NCBI GenBank assembly: GCA_039586365.1
Contig: JBDHKN010000016.1
Coordinates: 60,957 to 124,956, forward strand
From: Gemmatimonadota bacterium
GTDB lineage: Bacteria > Gemmatimonadota > Gemmatimonadetes > Gemmatimonadales > GWC2-71-9
Length of the DNA: 64,000 nt
Reading direction: 5' to 3'
The position numbers and the translations under genes were made by a program. The notes below the pieces were generated by a model that worked only from the letters and a program-made list of their open reading frames with translations, was not told the DNA's origin and ran no database searches. Positions 50,673-60,644 of this stretch are shown one piece after another; position 1 is the stretch's first letter, and every line of letters starts with the position of its first letter.

Positions 50673-51691
50673 AGTACCGGGTCTTGGTGTTGACACATCA
50701 GGACGTTGAGGTGCCTGACAGCGTCGACGGGTTCAGTGACAAAGAGATCGTCGTGTGGAGGACTGAGTACGACGTGCTGACTGCCCTGGCGCACCTTGGC
50801 CACGAGGGAAGACTGGTCGGTGGGGCTGATGGGTTGGCAGCGATTCGACAGACTTTACTCGACTGGAAGCCCCACATCGTGTTCAATCTGCTTGAGGAGT
50901 TCCGTGGACGAGGAATCTACGTGCCGTACTTGTTAGGGTACTGCGAACTGATGGGGCAGCCGTTTACCGGCTGCAATCCCGCTGGTCTGTTGCTGACTGA
51001 TAACAAGGCGCTTACCAAGAAGATTCTCCGTTATCACCGCATACCTGTGCCGGCATTTCTGTTGGTGACGCGTGGCAGGACGGTGCGGCGGCCGCAGCGA
51101 CTGGAATTCCCGCTGATCGTGAAGTCTAACACAGCGCATGGCTCGGCGGGTATCGCGCAGGCTTCAGTCGTCAAGAACGAAGTGGAGTTAGCAGACCGCG
51201 TTGCCTTCGTACACGAGAGCCTGCAAACCGACGCAATCGTCGAACATTACGTCGAGGGTCGAGAGATCTACGTACCGCTAATCGGGAACCGGCGACTTGA
51301 GACGTTTCCGATCAGAGAGCTGGAGCTTGAGAGTCTGCCAGAGGGAACGCACCGGATTGCCACCCAGAAGGTGAAGTGGGACCTGGATTATCGAGACAGA
51401 CATAGGATCAAGTCTAGGATAGCAGAATGTTTGCCTGACGGTCTGACGGATCGTGTGTTCAAGTTGTGCAAGCGGGTTTATCGCATACTCAATATCAATG
51501 GATATGCCCGGATGGACCTGAGACTCACGGACACCGGCAGGGTGTATGTGCTTGAGCCGAACCCCAACCCCGACTTGGCTCTGGACGATGACTTTGCTGA
51601 AGCTGCCGAGGCTGCGGGTGTGCCTTATGATCGGCTAATACAGCGCATCCTGAATCTCGGGTTGAGGTATCATGCGCGAAGTGCGACCTGA
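50669..51691 (+). CDS. ATP-grasp ligase (D-Ala-D-Ala ligase-like)
   Basis: VFNLLE, FTG...NKALTK, FPLIVK...GSAGI, VEHYVEGRE, YARMDLR, LEPNPNP. Confidence 0.88.
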   Translation: MKYRVLVLTHQDVEVPDSVDGFSDKEIVVWRTEYDVLTALAHLGHEGRLVGGADGLAAIRQTLLDWKPHIVFNLLEEFRGRGIYVPYLLGYCELMGQPFTGCNPAGLLLTDNKALTKKILRYHRIPVPAFLLVTRGRTVRRPQRLEFPLIVKSNTAHGSAGIAQASVVKNEVELADRVAFVHESLQTDAIVEHYVEGREIYVPLIGNRRLETFPIRELELESLPEGTHRIATQKVKWDLDYRDRHRIKSRIAECLPDGLTDRVFKLCKRVYRILNINGYARMDLRLTDTGRVYVLEPNPNPDLALDDDFAEAAEAAGVPYDRLIQRILNLGLRYHARSAT

Positions 51692-51700
51692 AGGCCGGGC

Positions 51701-52429
51701 TCACGCTGCACCCGACGACGTGTCGGGAACCACCGTCGGCACAGAATCACTGGGTGTCACTGAATCTCCCCGGACAACGGAGTCGAGGGACGTGAGGGAG
51801 TCCACAACGATGGCGGAGTCTCCGGCTGTGGCTGAATCGCCCGGTGCAGCGTCTCGGGGTGATGTCGGTTCGACTGCAGCGGGACTCACGACCGGGGGAG
51901 GTGCCGGGGCCTGTGCCCGACACAGCCATGCTGCCTCGGCATTGGCGTACCCGACCCTGGGCAAAACTAGAAATAGAGCCAGGGCTAGGCCCCAGAGTAG
52001 CACTCCCTGTGCCAGCAGATGTGGCACCACCATGTGCGACCGCCACGTGTGGACCCCAGCCCATACTCCAGCCACCACTACTCCGACGACGGCGGCCAGA
52101 TAGAGGAACAGGCCCAATCCGCAGGTGCGTCCATAGGGCCACTGAGTGATGCCGAGCGCCAAGACTACCCCTGCGGCGACGCGAATCCAGCTACCGATCG
52201 GTGGGTAACGGGTTGACAATCTTTCGGGGTGCTGAGCCTGAGCGCCACTCGAAGGTTCCGGCTGTCCGGGTTGTGCAGCGGATTTCGCCGGGAGACCCTT
52301 AGGCGTTGGGCTATCTGGCTCTTCGTCAGGGAACTGGGCCAGTAGCTTGTCTATCCGCTCGAGATCGAAGCCCTTCTTGGGAGGTTTCTTACCCACCTTA
52401 GAACCTCGTGATTCAGTGTTGGATGCCAA
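51701..52429 (-). CDS. Hypothetical membrane protein (3 TM) with low-complexity termini
   Basis: IDKLL motif, Pro-rich linker, WPYGRTCGLGL TM region, S/D/T-rich tail. Confidence 0.72.
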   Translation of the reverse strand: MASNTESRGSKVGKKPPKKGFDLERIDKLLAQFPDEEPDSPTPKGLPAKSAAQPGQPEPSSGAQAQHPERLSTRYPPIGSWIRVAAGVVLALGITQWPYGRTCGLGLFLYLAAVVGVVVAGVWAGVHTWRSHMVVPHLLAQGVLLWGLALALFLVLPRVGYANAEAAWLCRAQAPAPPPVVSPAAVEPTSPRDAAPGDSATAGDSAIVVDSLTSLDSVVRGDSVTPSDSVPTVVPDTSSGAA

Positions 52430-52568
52430 TCCGGCAAGTAGATCCCGCGTCCATCCCCGAGAGTAATAAAGCCAGATACCCTAGCATGAGAAGGCGCGTG
52501 TCCCAGTGTCGATCCGTATTCCCCCGTTCGACTGAATTGTCAACACAGATCCGGGGATAGGGCAAGTA

Positions 52569-53666
52569 TCAGCGCCAGCTTTGCGGGACTGCCTCGGGCT
52601 TGGTGGCAACAATCCCTTCCCCTTCCTTTAGGGAGTCGGTCAGTCGTCCCATGATCTTGCGTAGATCCCGAAACCGCACGAGACGACGGTCGTCCTCGTC
52701 CCACAAGCTCAGCCACAGGGTCTTGATGCTTGCGCCCAGCGTAAGCCGTGTCACCTGCTGAAGTTCGGGATTCTCGTCGAAGCACCGCTGCAAGTGATAG
52801 TTCGGGATTCGCGGAGCTACGTGGTGAATGTGATGCAGCCCGATACTGGCGGTGAACCACTGCAACACTCTTGGCAGTATGAAGTGTGACGCGCCTTCGA
52901 GACCCGATGCGTAATAGTCCCACGCCTCGCGGTAGCGCCAGTAGGTGTCTTCGAATTGGTGTTGGACGTAGAAGAGGAATACTCCGAGCGAGCCAGCGAT
53001 GAGTGTGATGGGAAGCTGCACTAGGAGAAATCGGTTGAGTCCGACCGTGAGCCACATAATCCCGATGACTGCCGCAAGCGCCGCATTGGTCCAGTGAACG
53101 CTGTGCCATTCTCGCCGCCAACTGAAGGGAGTATCGAGCGGCAAACGGTGCTTCAGAACGAACTGATATGTGGGGCCAACTAGCAGCAAGACCGCAGGAT
53201 GTCTGTACAGTCGATACAGAGTCCGCTTCAACTTCGAGAGGCTGAGATACTCTCGCACCGTAAGCGTCGTGATGTCACCGAAACCTCGGTGGTCCAGGTT
53301 TCCGGAGGTTGCGTGATGGATCGCATGCGTCTTGCGCCAGTAGGCGTAGGGGACCAGAGTGAGGATCCCTATGGTGAAGCCTACAGCCTCGTTGGCACGG
53401 TGTGACTTGAAGAAAGCGGCATGGCCGCAGTCGTGTTGGAACATGAACATCCGTACCACCAGCAGTGCTGCGGGTACCGCAAACAGCAGAGTGAGCCAGT
53501 ACCCAACCTGCAGGCTCCAAAGCATCACCAGCCAGACTAGGACGAAGGGCACTGCAGTGTTGCTGATCTGGTACAGGCTGCGCCAGACTTCCGGCTTGCG
53601 GTAGGGTGTCAAGAGCGCGTTCCAGTCGATGTGGGATTGAGCTACCGTGCTTGATGTCATGTTCAC
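52569..53666 (-). CDS. Membrane fatty-acid desaturase (Des-like)
   Basis: Three His boxes HDCGH, HAIHH and HHIHH, plus YVQHQFE. Confidence 0.93.
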   Translation of the reverse strand: MNMTSSTVAQSHIDWNALLTPYRKPEVWRSLYQISNTAVPFVLVWLVMLWSLQVGYWLTLLFAVPAALLVVRMFMFQHDCGHAAFFKSHRANEAVGFTIGILTLVPYAYWRKTHAIHHATSGNLDHRGFGDITTLTVREYLSLSKLKRTLYRLYRHPAVLLLVGPTYQFVLKHRLPLDTPFSWRREWHSVHWTNAALAAVIGIMWLTVGLNRFLLVQLPITLIAGSLGVFLFYVQHQFEDTYWRYREAWDYYASGLEGASHFILPRVLQWFTASIGLHHIHHVAPRIPNYHLQRCFDENPELQQVTRLTLGASIKTLWLSLWDEDDRRLVRFRDLRKIMGRLTDSLKEGEGIVATKPEAVPQSWR

Positions 53667-53694
53667 CTGCTAAAAGACGTCGTTCGCGCGCATG

Positions 53695-53724
53695 AAAAAA
53701 AGAGCCGCTCTCGCGAGCGGCCTC
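53695..53724 (-). terminator. Intrinsic terminator in the desaturase 5' leader
   Basis: Minus strand GCCGCTC-GCGA-GAGCGGC followed by TC and T7. Confidence 0.75.
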
Positions 53725-53991
53725 CGTTGTATCGACTCATATTAATCGTTCACGTTTCGTGGCGCTAGGGAACTGCGAGGGCTGCACCCTTTGACGTCCA
53801 CATTCGCCCCGTGTTTCGCGTCAACAATGAAGGTGCCCCGCGAGGAATACCGCCGAGTGAAGGCGAAGCCCCTGTACCGCCTTGACTCAGTCAGCTCGTT
53901 CTCTTTCCTTGCGTGACCAACAGCAACCCAGACGACGCGGGCGACTGGGCACGATGCATACCACGCACAGCCAGCGTTCCACAGTTGGGGG

Positions 53992-55935
53992 TTGCTCCCA
54001 AGATTCCGGAGATACGTAGTGGCAAGCTGGCAGCGCAGACTGGCTGAGAGGAATCCCCGCAGACGTGTTGCATCTGTGGACTGCAGTGTTGCCCCGCGAC
54101 ACCTCGGCCGCAATCCTCGTTCGGCGGCGACCGGCGCGCGTTTTATCGTGGGAGCCTTTCTTGCCACAGTACCCGCCGCGGCATGGAGCCAGGATGTACC
54201 GGTCACATTGGACACTGTTACTGCGGTTGGAACACGGATCTCGCCGGCGCTTTCGGGGCGGACCCGAGCTGTGGAAGTGATCGATCGGCAGCGACTCGAA
54301 CGGTTGCCGGTCCGATCGCTGGCGGATGCACTGCGCTGGGCGTTATCGGTGGACGTGATGGCTCGCTCACCGGCCCAGGCGGATCTGTCGATCCGCGGTT
54401 CGAGCTACGAGCAAGTATTGGTGTTGGTTAACGGGGTTCGAGCCAGCGATCCTCAGACCGGTCATTTCGACCTCAACCTAGCGGTTCCGCTGGACCAGAT
54501 AGAGCGAATCGAGATACTGCGTGGACCGGGTTCTGCTGTCTACGGTGCGGATGCTATGGGTGGAGTTGTCAACGTGGTGACGCGGGCGGCCGGCCCCCAC
54601 ATGGTGGCCCGGCTCGAGGGAGGCTCCTTTGGTACTGTGGGTGGAGCTCTTGCTGGAGGGGGGGAGATCGCGCAGACAAGAGTCGCTGGCGGAGCGGACT
54701 ACGTGCGCTCGCGCGGGCACCGGGACGGCGTGGACTACCGAATAGGACAGGCTAGCCTGACAGCTGAGACCTCCATTTGGGGCGGACCTCTGACGGCTCG
54801 CGCTGGTCAGGCATGGAGAGATTTCGGGGCCGCTGATTTCTATGCACCCTTTCCGTCGTATGAGAAGACCCGCACAACGACTGTCGGTGTGTCATGGCGC
54901 AGGCACGCGACGCCACGGTTGGAGCTGAGGCCGGTCGTCCACCTGCGACGCCACCACGACGACTTCATCCTGAGACGTTCCGACCCGGATTTCTATCGCA
55001 ACGAGCACACTTCCACACAGTATGGTGCCGAAGCTGCCTTGCGGTACCGAGCGAGTGACGGGCTGACGCTGGCCACAGGTGGGGAAATTCTGCTCGAGGA
55101 CCTGGAGAGCAACAGTCTGGGTGACAGATCTGAGGGCCGCTGGGCACTGTTCGGTGAGGCCTTGGGGGTGTGGGGTCCTGTGACAATAGGTGCTGGGGTG
55201 CGCGGTGACCGGTACGAAAGCTATGGATTCGCGTTGTCTCCCTCGGTGTCGGTGGCCCTGCAGGCTGATGAGCTGCGGGTCCGTGGGCTGGTCGGGCGAT
55301 CGTTTCGTGCGCCCAGCTGGACTGAGCGTTTCTATGAGGACCCTGCCAACCGAGGACGGGAAGACCTTGATCCCGAACGGGCGTGGGCCGCGGAAGTTGG
55401 TGCAGATATGCGGTTGTTCGGCAGCGCAGAGCTTTCAGTATCGGCATTTGGCCGTAAAGCCCTTGGGCTCATCGACTGGGCCCGCCCGCCGGGCGATGAG
55501 ATGGCTGTCTGGGAGACGCGCAACGTGAAGACCGCGACATTTCGCGGCTTGGAGGCAAGACTGCAAGGGATAGTTCTGGTTGGTGCTGACATCGCAGTTC
55601 AGGGGAGTGCTGTCTCGGTATCGGTTGGTGAAGCCGACGACTTCGTCTCCAAATACGCCTTGCGGCCGCTGGTTCGCGAGGTTTCCGTGAGCCTAAACAG
55701 GGGCTTGGGGCCCGCGGTAGCCGAGTCCCAACTTAAATACCGCCGCCGCGAGGCAGAGGGTAGCTACTGGCTCATGGACCTGCGAGTGGTCGTGCCAGGT
55801 CGCTTGGGTGCCGTATACGTAGACGTCCTCAACGTGCTAGATGCAGAGTACCAACTCATAACGGGGACTTCGGCACCGGGTCGCTCTGTGATGGTGGGTT
55901 TTCGGGTCGGTACCGGAGGGCGGTTCGAGGGCTGA
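53992..55935 (+). CDS. TonB-dependent receptor (true start probably downstream of 53992)
   Basis: TonB-box-like DTVTAVG, plug SIRGS...VLVLVNGV, IERIEILRGPGSAVYGADAMGGVVN, beta-barrel strands. Confidence 0.9.
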   Translation: MLPRFRRYVVASWQRRLAERNPRRRVASVDCSVAPRHLGRNPRSAATGARFIVGAFLATVPAAAWSQDVPVTLDTVTAVGTRISPALSGRTRAVEVIDRQRLERLPVRSLADALRWALSVDVMARSPAQADLSIRGSSYEQVLVLVNGVRASDPQTGHFDLNLAVPLDQIERIEILRGPGSAVYGADAMGGVVNVVTRAAGPHMVARLEGGSFGTVGGALAGGGEIAQTRVAGGADYVRSRGHRDGVDYRIGQASLTAETSIWGGPLTARAGQAWRDFGAADFYAPFPSYEKTRTTTVGVSWRRHATPRLELRPVVHLRRHHDDFILRRSDPDFYRNEHTSTQYGAEAALRYRASDGLTLATGGEILLEDLESNSLGDRSEGRWALFGEALGVWGPVTIGAGVRGDRYESYGFALSPSVSVALQADELRVRGLVGRSFRAPSWTERFYEDPANRGREDLDPERAWAAEVGADMRLFGSAELSVSAFGRKALGLIDWARPPGDEMAVWETRNVKTATFRGLEARLQGIVLVGADIAVQGSAVSVSVGEADDFVSKYALRPLVREVSVSLNRGLGPAVAESQLKYRRREAEGSYWLMDLRVVVPGRLGAVYVDVLNVLDAEYQLITGTSAPGRSVMVGFRVGTGGRFEG

Positions 55936-56043
55936 TCAGCTGCACCTGTGCTCGAAACTACGACTGGACTGTCCCGTAGTATTAGGGCAGGAATAGGTAC
56001 CTAGCGTTTCAAGTAGAACATCTACCGAAGGTTGGTCGTCACC

Positions 56044-57006
56044 ATGGTGCTTCGACGCATCCTCCTGGCAGGGGCCCCGATCGCATTGGTTCTCGCTGGT
56101 CTGGCGGCGGTATCCCAGTACAGAACGAAATCTGACGTAATCGTGAGCATCCAACAGCTGGCGGCTGAGAGGGTCGAGGCCTCTTCGCACAGGGCGCACG
56201 TATCCAGACCGCCCCCGCCTCCACGCAAAGGTGCGTTCCTATCGCTGACCGGAATTGGAGACGACGAGATGGTCTCTGAGGGCTTCACGCTGGCAGGGCC
56301 CTTGGACGTGCGGATCTTGGGGGTTGGCGAGGGCATGGGTGGTGAGATGTACGATTTCGGGTGGATCACGAACGCCCTCACTCGACAAGTGGTGTGGCGG
56401 ATGGACCTAGAGCACACCGAGCACGCCGGCGGGGCGGACAAGAACCGGGTTGTGGATGACGTTGTCACGCTCGAGCCGGGTGACTACATGGTGTATTACG
56501 TTACCGATGGCTCGCACTCCTGGTCTAACTGGAATGCGACGGCGCCGGCAGACGAGAATGTGTGGGGCATCACGTTGCTGGCACCCGAAGGCGCGGATGC
56601 CTCGCAACTGGTCACAGCGTACGAATTCCCATCCGACCCGGCGATCGTTGCGCATCTCATCGGAATCCGGGATAACGAGCAACGCAGCCAGCGATTCACT
56701 CTAGCTGATGCATCGAAGATCCGCGTTTACGCTCTCGGTGAGGGCTCCGGCGGCGACATGTATGACCACGCGTGGATCGAAGACGCGGCCACCGGACGCG
56801 CCGTGTGGGAGATGACCTACCGTACCACTGAGCACGCGGGTGGTGGTGACAAGAATAGACTGTTCGACGGGATCATAGGTCTCGAGGCCGGTGAGTATGT
56901 GCTGCGCTACGAATCGGATGGCTCCCATTCGTTCGAAGGTTGGAACACAACCGCTCCCAGCGATCCCTTCAACTACGGTGTTACGCTGTTCAGAGTGGAA
57001 CGCTAA
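56044..57006 (+). CDS. Exported protein with two tandem ~115-aa beta-rich domains
   Basis: Both repeats contain GEG.GG.MYD..WI, TEHAGG.DKNR, L..G.Y, DGSHS...WN.TAP and G.TL. Confidence 0.82.
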   Translation: MVLRRILLAGAPIALVLAGLAAVSQYRTKSDVIVSIQQLAAERVEASSHRAHVSRPPPPPRKGAFLSLTGIGDDEMVSEGFTLAGPLDVRILGVGEGMGGEMYDFGWITNALTRQVVWRMDLEHTEHAGGADKNRVVDDVVTLEPGDYMVYYVTDGSHSWSNWNATAPADENVWGITLLAPEGADASQLVTAYEFPSDPAIVAHLIGIRDNEQRSQRFTLADASKIRVYALGEGSGGDMYDHAWIEDAATGRAVWEMTYRTTEHAGGGDKNRLFDGIIGLEAGEYVLRYESDGSHSFEGWNTTAPSDPFNYGVTLFRVER

Positions 57007-57050
57007 GAGAACAACACAACAATGTTGGTGGTCCTGCGTCAGGCCCGACC

Positions 57051-57076
57051 GAAGGCCGCTCAAGATAGCGGCCTTC
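57051..57076. terminator. Hairpin between convergent genes
   Basis: GAAGGCCGCT-caagat-AGCGGCCTTC. Confidence 0.65.
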
Positions 57077-57757
57077 TCACTTAGCCGCACCTGAGCGGCG
57101 GCGCTTATGCAGTGCCGAATACAGCAGATTCTCGATCCGCTGACTCAGCCGAATCGGTCGGGGAAACGTGTCGCGGCCGAACGTCCGCACTTTGACAGAC
57201 CTCGCGCCGGCGAGGTTCGCGGAAGCGATGTCAGTCAGATACTGATCGCCCACCATTAGAACGCTATGTGGATCGACCACTCCGAGCACTTGCCTCCCGT
57301 ACTCGATGAGTTCGCGACTCGGCTTCCTAATCTGACTACCTCCATCCGACAGAATGCCGTTCACTTCGTCGACTGTATGAGTGTCTCTCCCTCCTAGCTT
57401 GTGGCGAAAGACCAATCCGTCGGCCGTGGTGTAGCCTCGCAGGACGTGCACCTCCGGAAATAGCTCACCCAATGACTCGAAACGGGTCTCGTCACAGTTC
57501 GAGAGAATGGCATGCCGCGCTGGGCCGTTGCGAAACAGGTTCCGGATGTGCGGAAAATGATCGCTAACTTCCCGGCCGTGGTAGGTCATCAAGGTGCCAT
57601 CCACGTCCCATAGTACCGCAGCTATGTCTAGCTCCTTCAGAAACGCAGCATCTATCTCGGCGACGTTGTCGAGATGATATGTCGGCTCCAGTTGCGACAG
57701 GAGGTACCCGAGACGCGGAAGCGACTGTCGCAGAGTAGCTAGATGACCTGCACCCAT
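57077..57757 (-). CDS. HAD-family phosphatase (YqeG-like)
   Basis: WDVDGTL, ILSN, RKP, MVGDQYLTDIASANLAG. Confidence 0.85.
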   Translation of the reverse strand: MGAGHLATLRQSLPRLGYLLSQLEPTYHLDNVAEIDAAFLKELDIAAVLWDVDGTLMTYHGREVSDHFPHIRNLFRNGPARHAILSNCDETRFESLGELFPEVHVLRGYTTADGLVFRHKLGGRDTHTVDEVNGILSDGGSQIRKPSRELIEYGRQVLGVVDPHSVLMVGDQYLTDIASANLAGARSVKVRTFGRDTFPRPIRLSQRIENLLYSALHKRRRSGAAK

Positions 57758-58101
57758 GAAAACAAAGGTACCGCCTCACGGGCAATCGGTCATAGTCTTT
57801 CTCGGAGGATTGGGTGACTGCGCCTTCCAGTACTGCGCGACGCCCGCTGGAATCGGCGAGCAATCTAGCTGGGTGGAGGGTCGCCTACCCCGTCTCTGAT
57901 TGAACAAGTTCAAGATCTTGAGGCTCTGAAAGATGAGAGCGAGAACCACACGTCGAATCTAACGGAGTTCATGCGAATGGCACTCACGTGACCGGTCGAG
58001 GTTGCCCGAAACCCCGCAGATACCGCTGTCGTAGGGTGAGCAGAGCCATTAGGGGTCTGTTGCAGGGACTCGTTCAGCCACTACGGCAATAGGAGAAGCA
58101 C

Positions 58102-58443
58102 ATGTCAAGATCGGGTACAGGCCGCGGCAGTATCACCCAGGCGATGGCGTGGATGCTTGGCCTGTCAGTCGCCCTCTTCTGGGCGCCCATGGTCGGTTCA
58201 TTGATCGCTGGGTTCGTCGGCGGTAGGAAGGCCGGAAGTGCCGGCCGCGCGTTGGCAGCTGCACTGCTGCCGGGCGTAATCCTCGTCGTTGTATCGATCC
58301 TACTCGGTGCCTTGATCGGTTGGATTCCGGTCGTCGGTCAGCTGGTAGCGTGGCTGATGGGGATGGGTGCTTGGGTCCTGGGATTCGTGAACTTGGTGCC
58401 GCTGCTGATCGGTGCGCTAATCGGTGGAGCGACGGCGAGGTAG
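58102..58443 (+). CDS. Small Gly-rich membrane protein
   Basis: RBS AGGAG, hydrophobic, IAGFVGG and IGALIGG motifs. Confidence 0.75.
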   Translation: MSRSGTGRGSITQAMAWMLGLSVALFWAPMVGSLIAGFVGGRKAGSAGRALAAALLPGVILVVVSILLGALIGWIPVVGQLVAWLMGMGAWVLGFVNLVPLLIGALIGGATAR

Positions 58444-58481
58444 TGTAGTCTCAAACCGGTTCTCTTGTGAGAGCGAGATCC

Positions 58482-58514
58482 ACGAAGCGGTCGGTTGCCA
58501 GCCGACCGCTTCGT
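58482..58514. terminator. 13-bp hairpin between convergent genes
   Basis: ACGAAGCGGTCGG...CCGACCGCTTCGT. Confidence 0.7.
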
Positions 58515-58614
58515 TAGCTCTATTACGCGCGTTCAGTTCAAACGAAGACCAGCCTGTCACAATCAAATAGATTCTAGCCGGTCCCTGCTCGCTGCCCGTG
58601 CCCACTGTTCGCCC

Positions 58615-59379
58615 CTACAGACGCCTGCTCCGCACCCTGAAGTCGACATTGTCTTGAATCCAGGCCCAGAGATCCTCCTGGGCCTCTACAGCAGTGCCTG
58701 ATCTGGTCTGTTCCTTCCAACCACCCATGACCTGATCGTCTACCGTCCACATGCGCACTCTCTGGCGCTGGATGTCCCGTTCCCATGCCACTGAAGCGGT
58801 CGGCGAGCTGTACAGCAGCCGAACTGTCACGCTCCGGGAAAGATACTCCAGCGGTGCGAGATCGATGTGGGCATACGCACTGGTCGTATCGAAGCTGCTG
58901 CGACCGGTGGCGTCCGGTATGCCATCGCTCAAGACCACAATGTTGAGCGGCGCGAGCACGAGTCCTTGCCGTTTGACAAGCGTGGCAACGCGTCCGAAGA
59001 AGGAGTTGAAGTCGGTGAACGAATCTTCAGGTGGGAAGAAGTCACGCAGCTGAACGCCAATCTCGGCTACGTCTTTTCCCTGAAACGCATGAATTGGTTG
59101 AAAGGACTTCGGCTCACCGACCCGAGCTCCTCCTACGGAGCCGACGAACACGGCGGAGGGGACCCGGAGGTCCCCCAAACCGTTTAGGTGTCCGTACAGG
59201 TAATGAGCGGCAAAGTCGATGGCGTCATCGTAGTTGCCTGTTGCCCTGAATGAGCCGCTGACATCAATACCGATTACGAGTGTCGAACGGGCCTGTCTGG
59301 CGTTATCGGCTGGCTCGCACGATATGCCGGCGAGTGTCACCAACGCGACACCGAGCGGTAGCAGCTTGACGGGTCTCAT
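58615..59379 (-). CDS. vWA/MIDAS-like lipoprotein
   Basis: Lipobox-like GISC, LVIGIDVSGS (DxSxS), TDF, VVLSDG. Confidence 0.78.
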   Translation of the reverse strand: MRPVKLLPLGVALVTLAGISCEPADNARQARSTLVIGIDVSGSFRATGNYDDAIDFAAHYLYGHLNGLGDLRVPSAVFVGSVGGARVGEPKSFQPIHAFQGKDVAEIGVQLRDFFPPEDSFTDFNSFFGRVATLVKRQGLVLAPLNIVVLSDGIPDATGRSSFDTTSAYAHIDLAPLEYLSRSVTVRLLYSSPTASVAWERDIQRQRVRMWTVDDQVMGGWKEQTRSGTAVEAQEDLWAWIQDNVDFRVRSRRL

Positions 59380-60644
59380 AGTGTTGCCCCCACGTCCGGT
59401 ACCGGCTGGGGCCGCGGCCGAGGTGCCGGCACTCCATTCTTCACTTTGGAGAACCTGGGTGTCTTGGCTAGCACCTCGTCGATGCTCCTGAAGGGTAGAG
59501 CGAACATCGGCCGAGATACGATTACGACTACCGCAAAGTTCACCGTAGCCGCGAAGAGTTGAAGCACTGGAAGCGAGATCAGCTCAAACACTCTACGCGC
59601 TTCCTTCTTGAACCACTCAGTTTCCGCCTTGAGTGCAGAAATCGGGGCGTTCCAGTAGTCGATCTGCGAGGAGGCTGGGATGGACTGCAGCCCACCTTCT
59701 TGGCGGATTGTGTCACGAGCAAGGACAGCAACTAGCGCCGGTGTGCCGTAGCGTCCAAAGAGAAACCAAGTCATCCCGCGAACACCCACCCAACCGAACG
59801 AGGCGAGCAGTAGGGTCGATATCAATCCCAGTTGCAGCTGCTCGTTGGTCGTCTGCGCGATCCAGGGAGTGATCGCGTCGATGAGTTCGCGATACAAGAA
59901 AATTACCTCAAAGAACATCACGAACAGTTCAACAAAAGACATCTGCACGATCTGCACGACATCCTTCGTGCGCATGGCTTGAGCCAATGCGAATACACAC
60001 GCGAAGCTCCCCAGCACTAGGAAGTACAAGAAGATCCAGAGTATCGGTGCCAAGAGTCTTGGATCCGGTTCGTACCCAGTAATGCCGGCAAGCACCTCGG
60101 TCAGGGTCGGCCGCAGCGTGTACATGAAGATGAGCGCTTCGACCGCGGACCACAGGAGCAGGGCAAGGAATGCGACCCATGGAACGCCGGGCTTGAAGTA
60201 GTTTCGCGAAGTCCAATCGAGGACCCGAAGCGGCGACTGGAAAGTGGCTCTCAGAGCTGCCCCTGCCAGGCCGACGGACAAGCGCAGTAGGTTCCAGACC
60301 CATCCTATCAACACGACCGCGAGCTGAACGAGTCCAGCCCAATAGAACCAGGTACAACGGCCCGCATCCCACCAAGACGTGAGCATGGCGGTCGCAAATC
60401 GGCCGCGGTTGGATCTGAACGGGATCGTGTAGAGAGCTCCCATGGTGAGCCACACACCGGTCGACACCAGCAACATCGGCAAAAGTATCACCAACCGCTT
60501 CACCAATACCTCTGGCATTGAGGTACCATACCAGGCGAAGTTGACCATTGTCGCGTGCCAGTCCGGGATCCAGTTGACTGGGGCGGTGAGGATACTCACC
60601 GCACCGCGCCACTCGTTGGGAACGAAGGCCTCGAAGTTCTGCAT
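59376..60644 (-). CDS. Polytopic membrane protein of unknown function
   Basis: About 7-8 Trp-rich TM segments. RBS AAGGAG. The stop overlaps the vWA gene start. Confidence 0.8.
   Translation of the reverse strand: MQNFEAFVPNEWRGAVSILTAPVNWIPDWHATMVNFAWYGTSMPEVLVKRLVILLPMLLVSTGVWLTMGALYTIPFRSNRGRFATAMLTSWWDAGRCTWFYWAGLVQLAVVLIGWVWNLLRLSVGLAGAALRATFQSPLRVLDWTSRNYFKPGVPWVAFLALLLWSAVEALIFMYTLRPTLTEVLAGITGYEPDPRLLAPILWIFLYFLVLGSFACVFALAQAMRTKDVVQIVQMSFVELFVMFFEVIFLYRELIDAITPWIAQTTNEQLQLGLISTLLLASFGWVGVRGMTWFLFGRYGTPALVAVLARDTIRQEGGLQSIPASSQIDYWNAPISALKAETEWFKKEARRVFELISLPVLQLFAATVNFAVVVIVSRPMFALPFRSIDEVLAKTPRFSKVKNGVPAPRPRPQPVPDVGATL

Noticed and set aside
53800..54140. Cobalamin riboswitch upstream of the TonB receptor
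   Set aside because: Only AGGTGCCC resembles it. The GGGAA, GGTG-AA-TCC and B12-box elements are absent.
58007..58033. ECF-like promoter GAAAC-N17-CGTA upstream of the small membrane protein
   Set aside because: A short motif expected by chance, with no supporting evidence.
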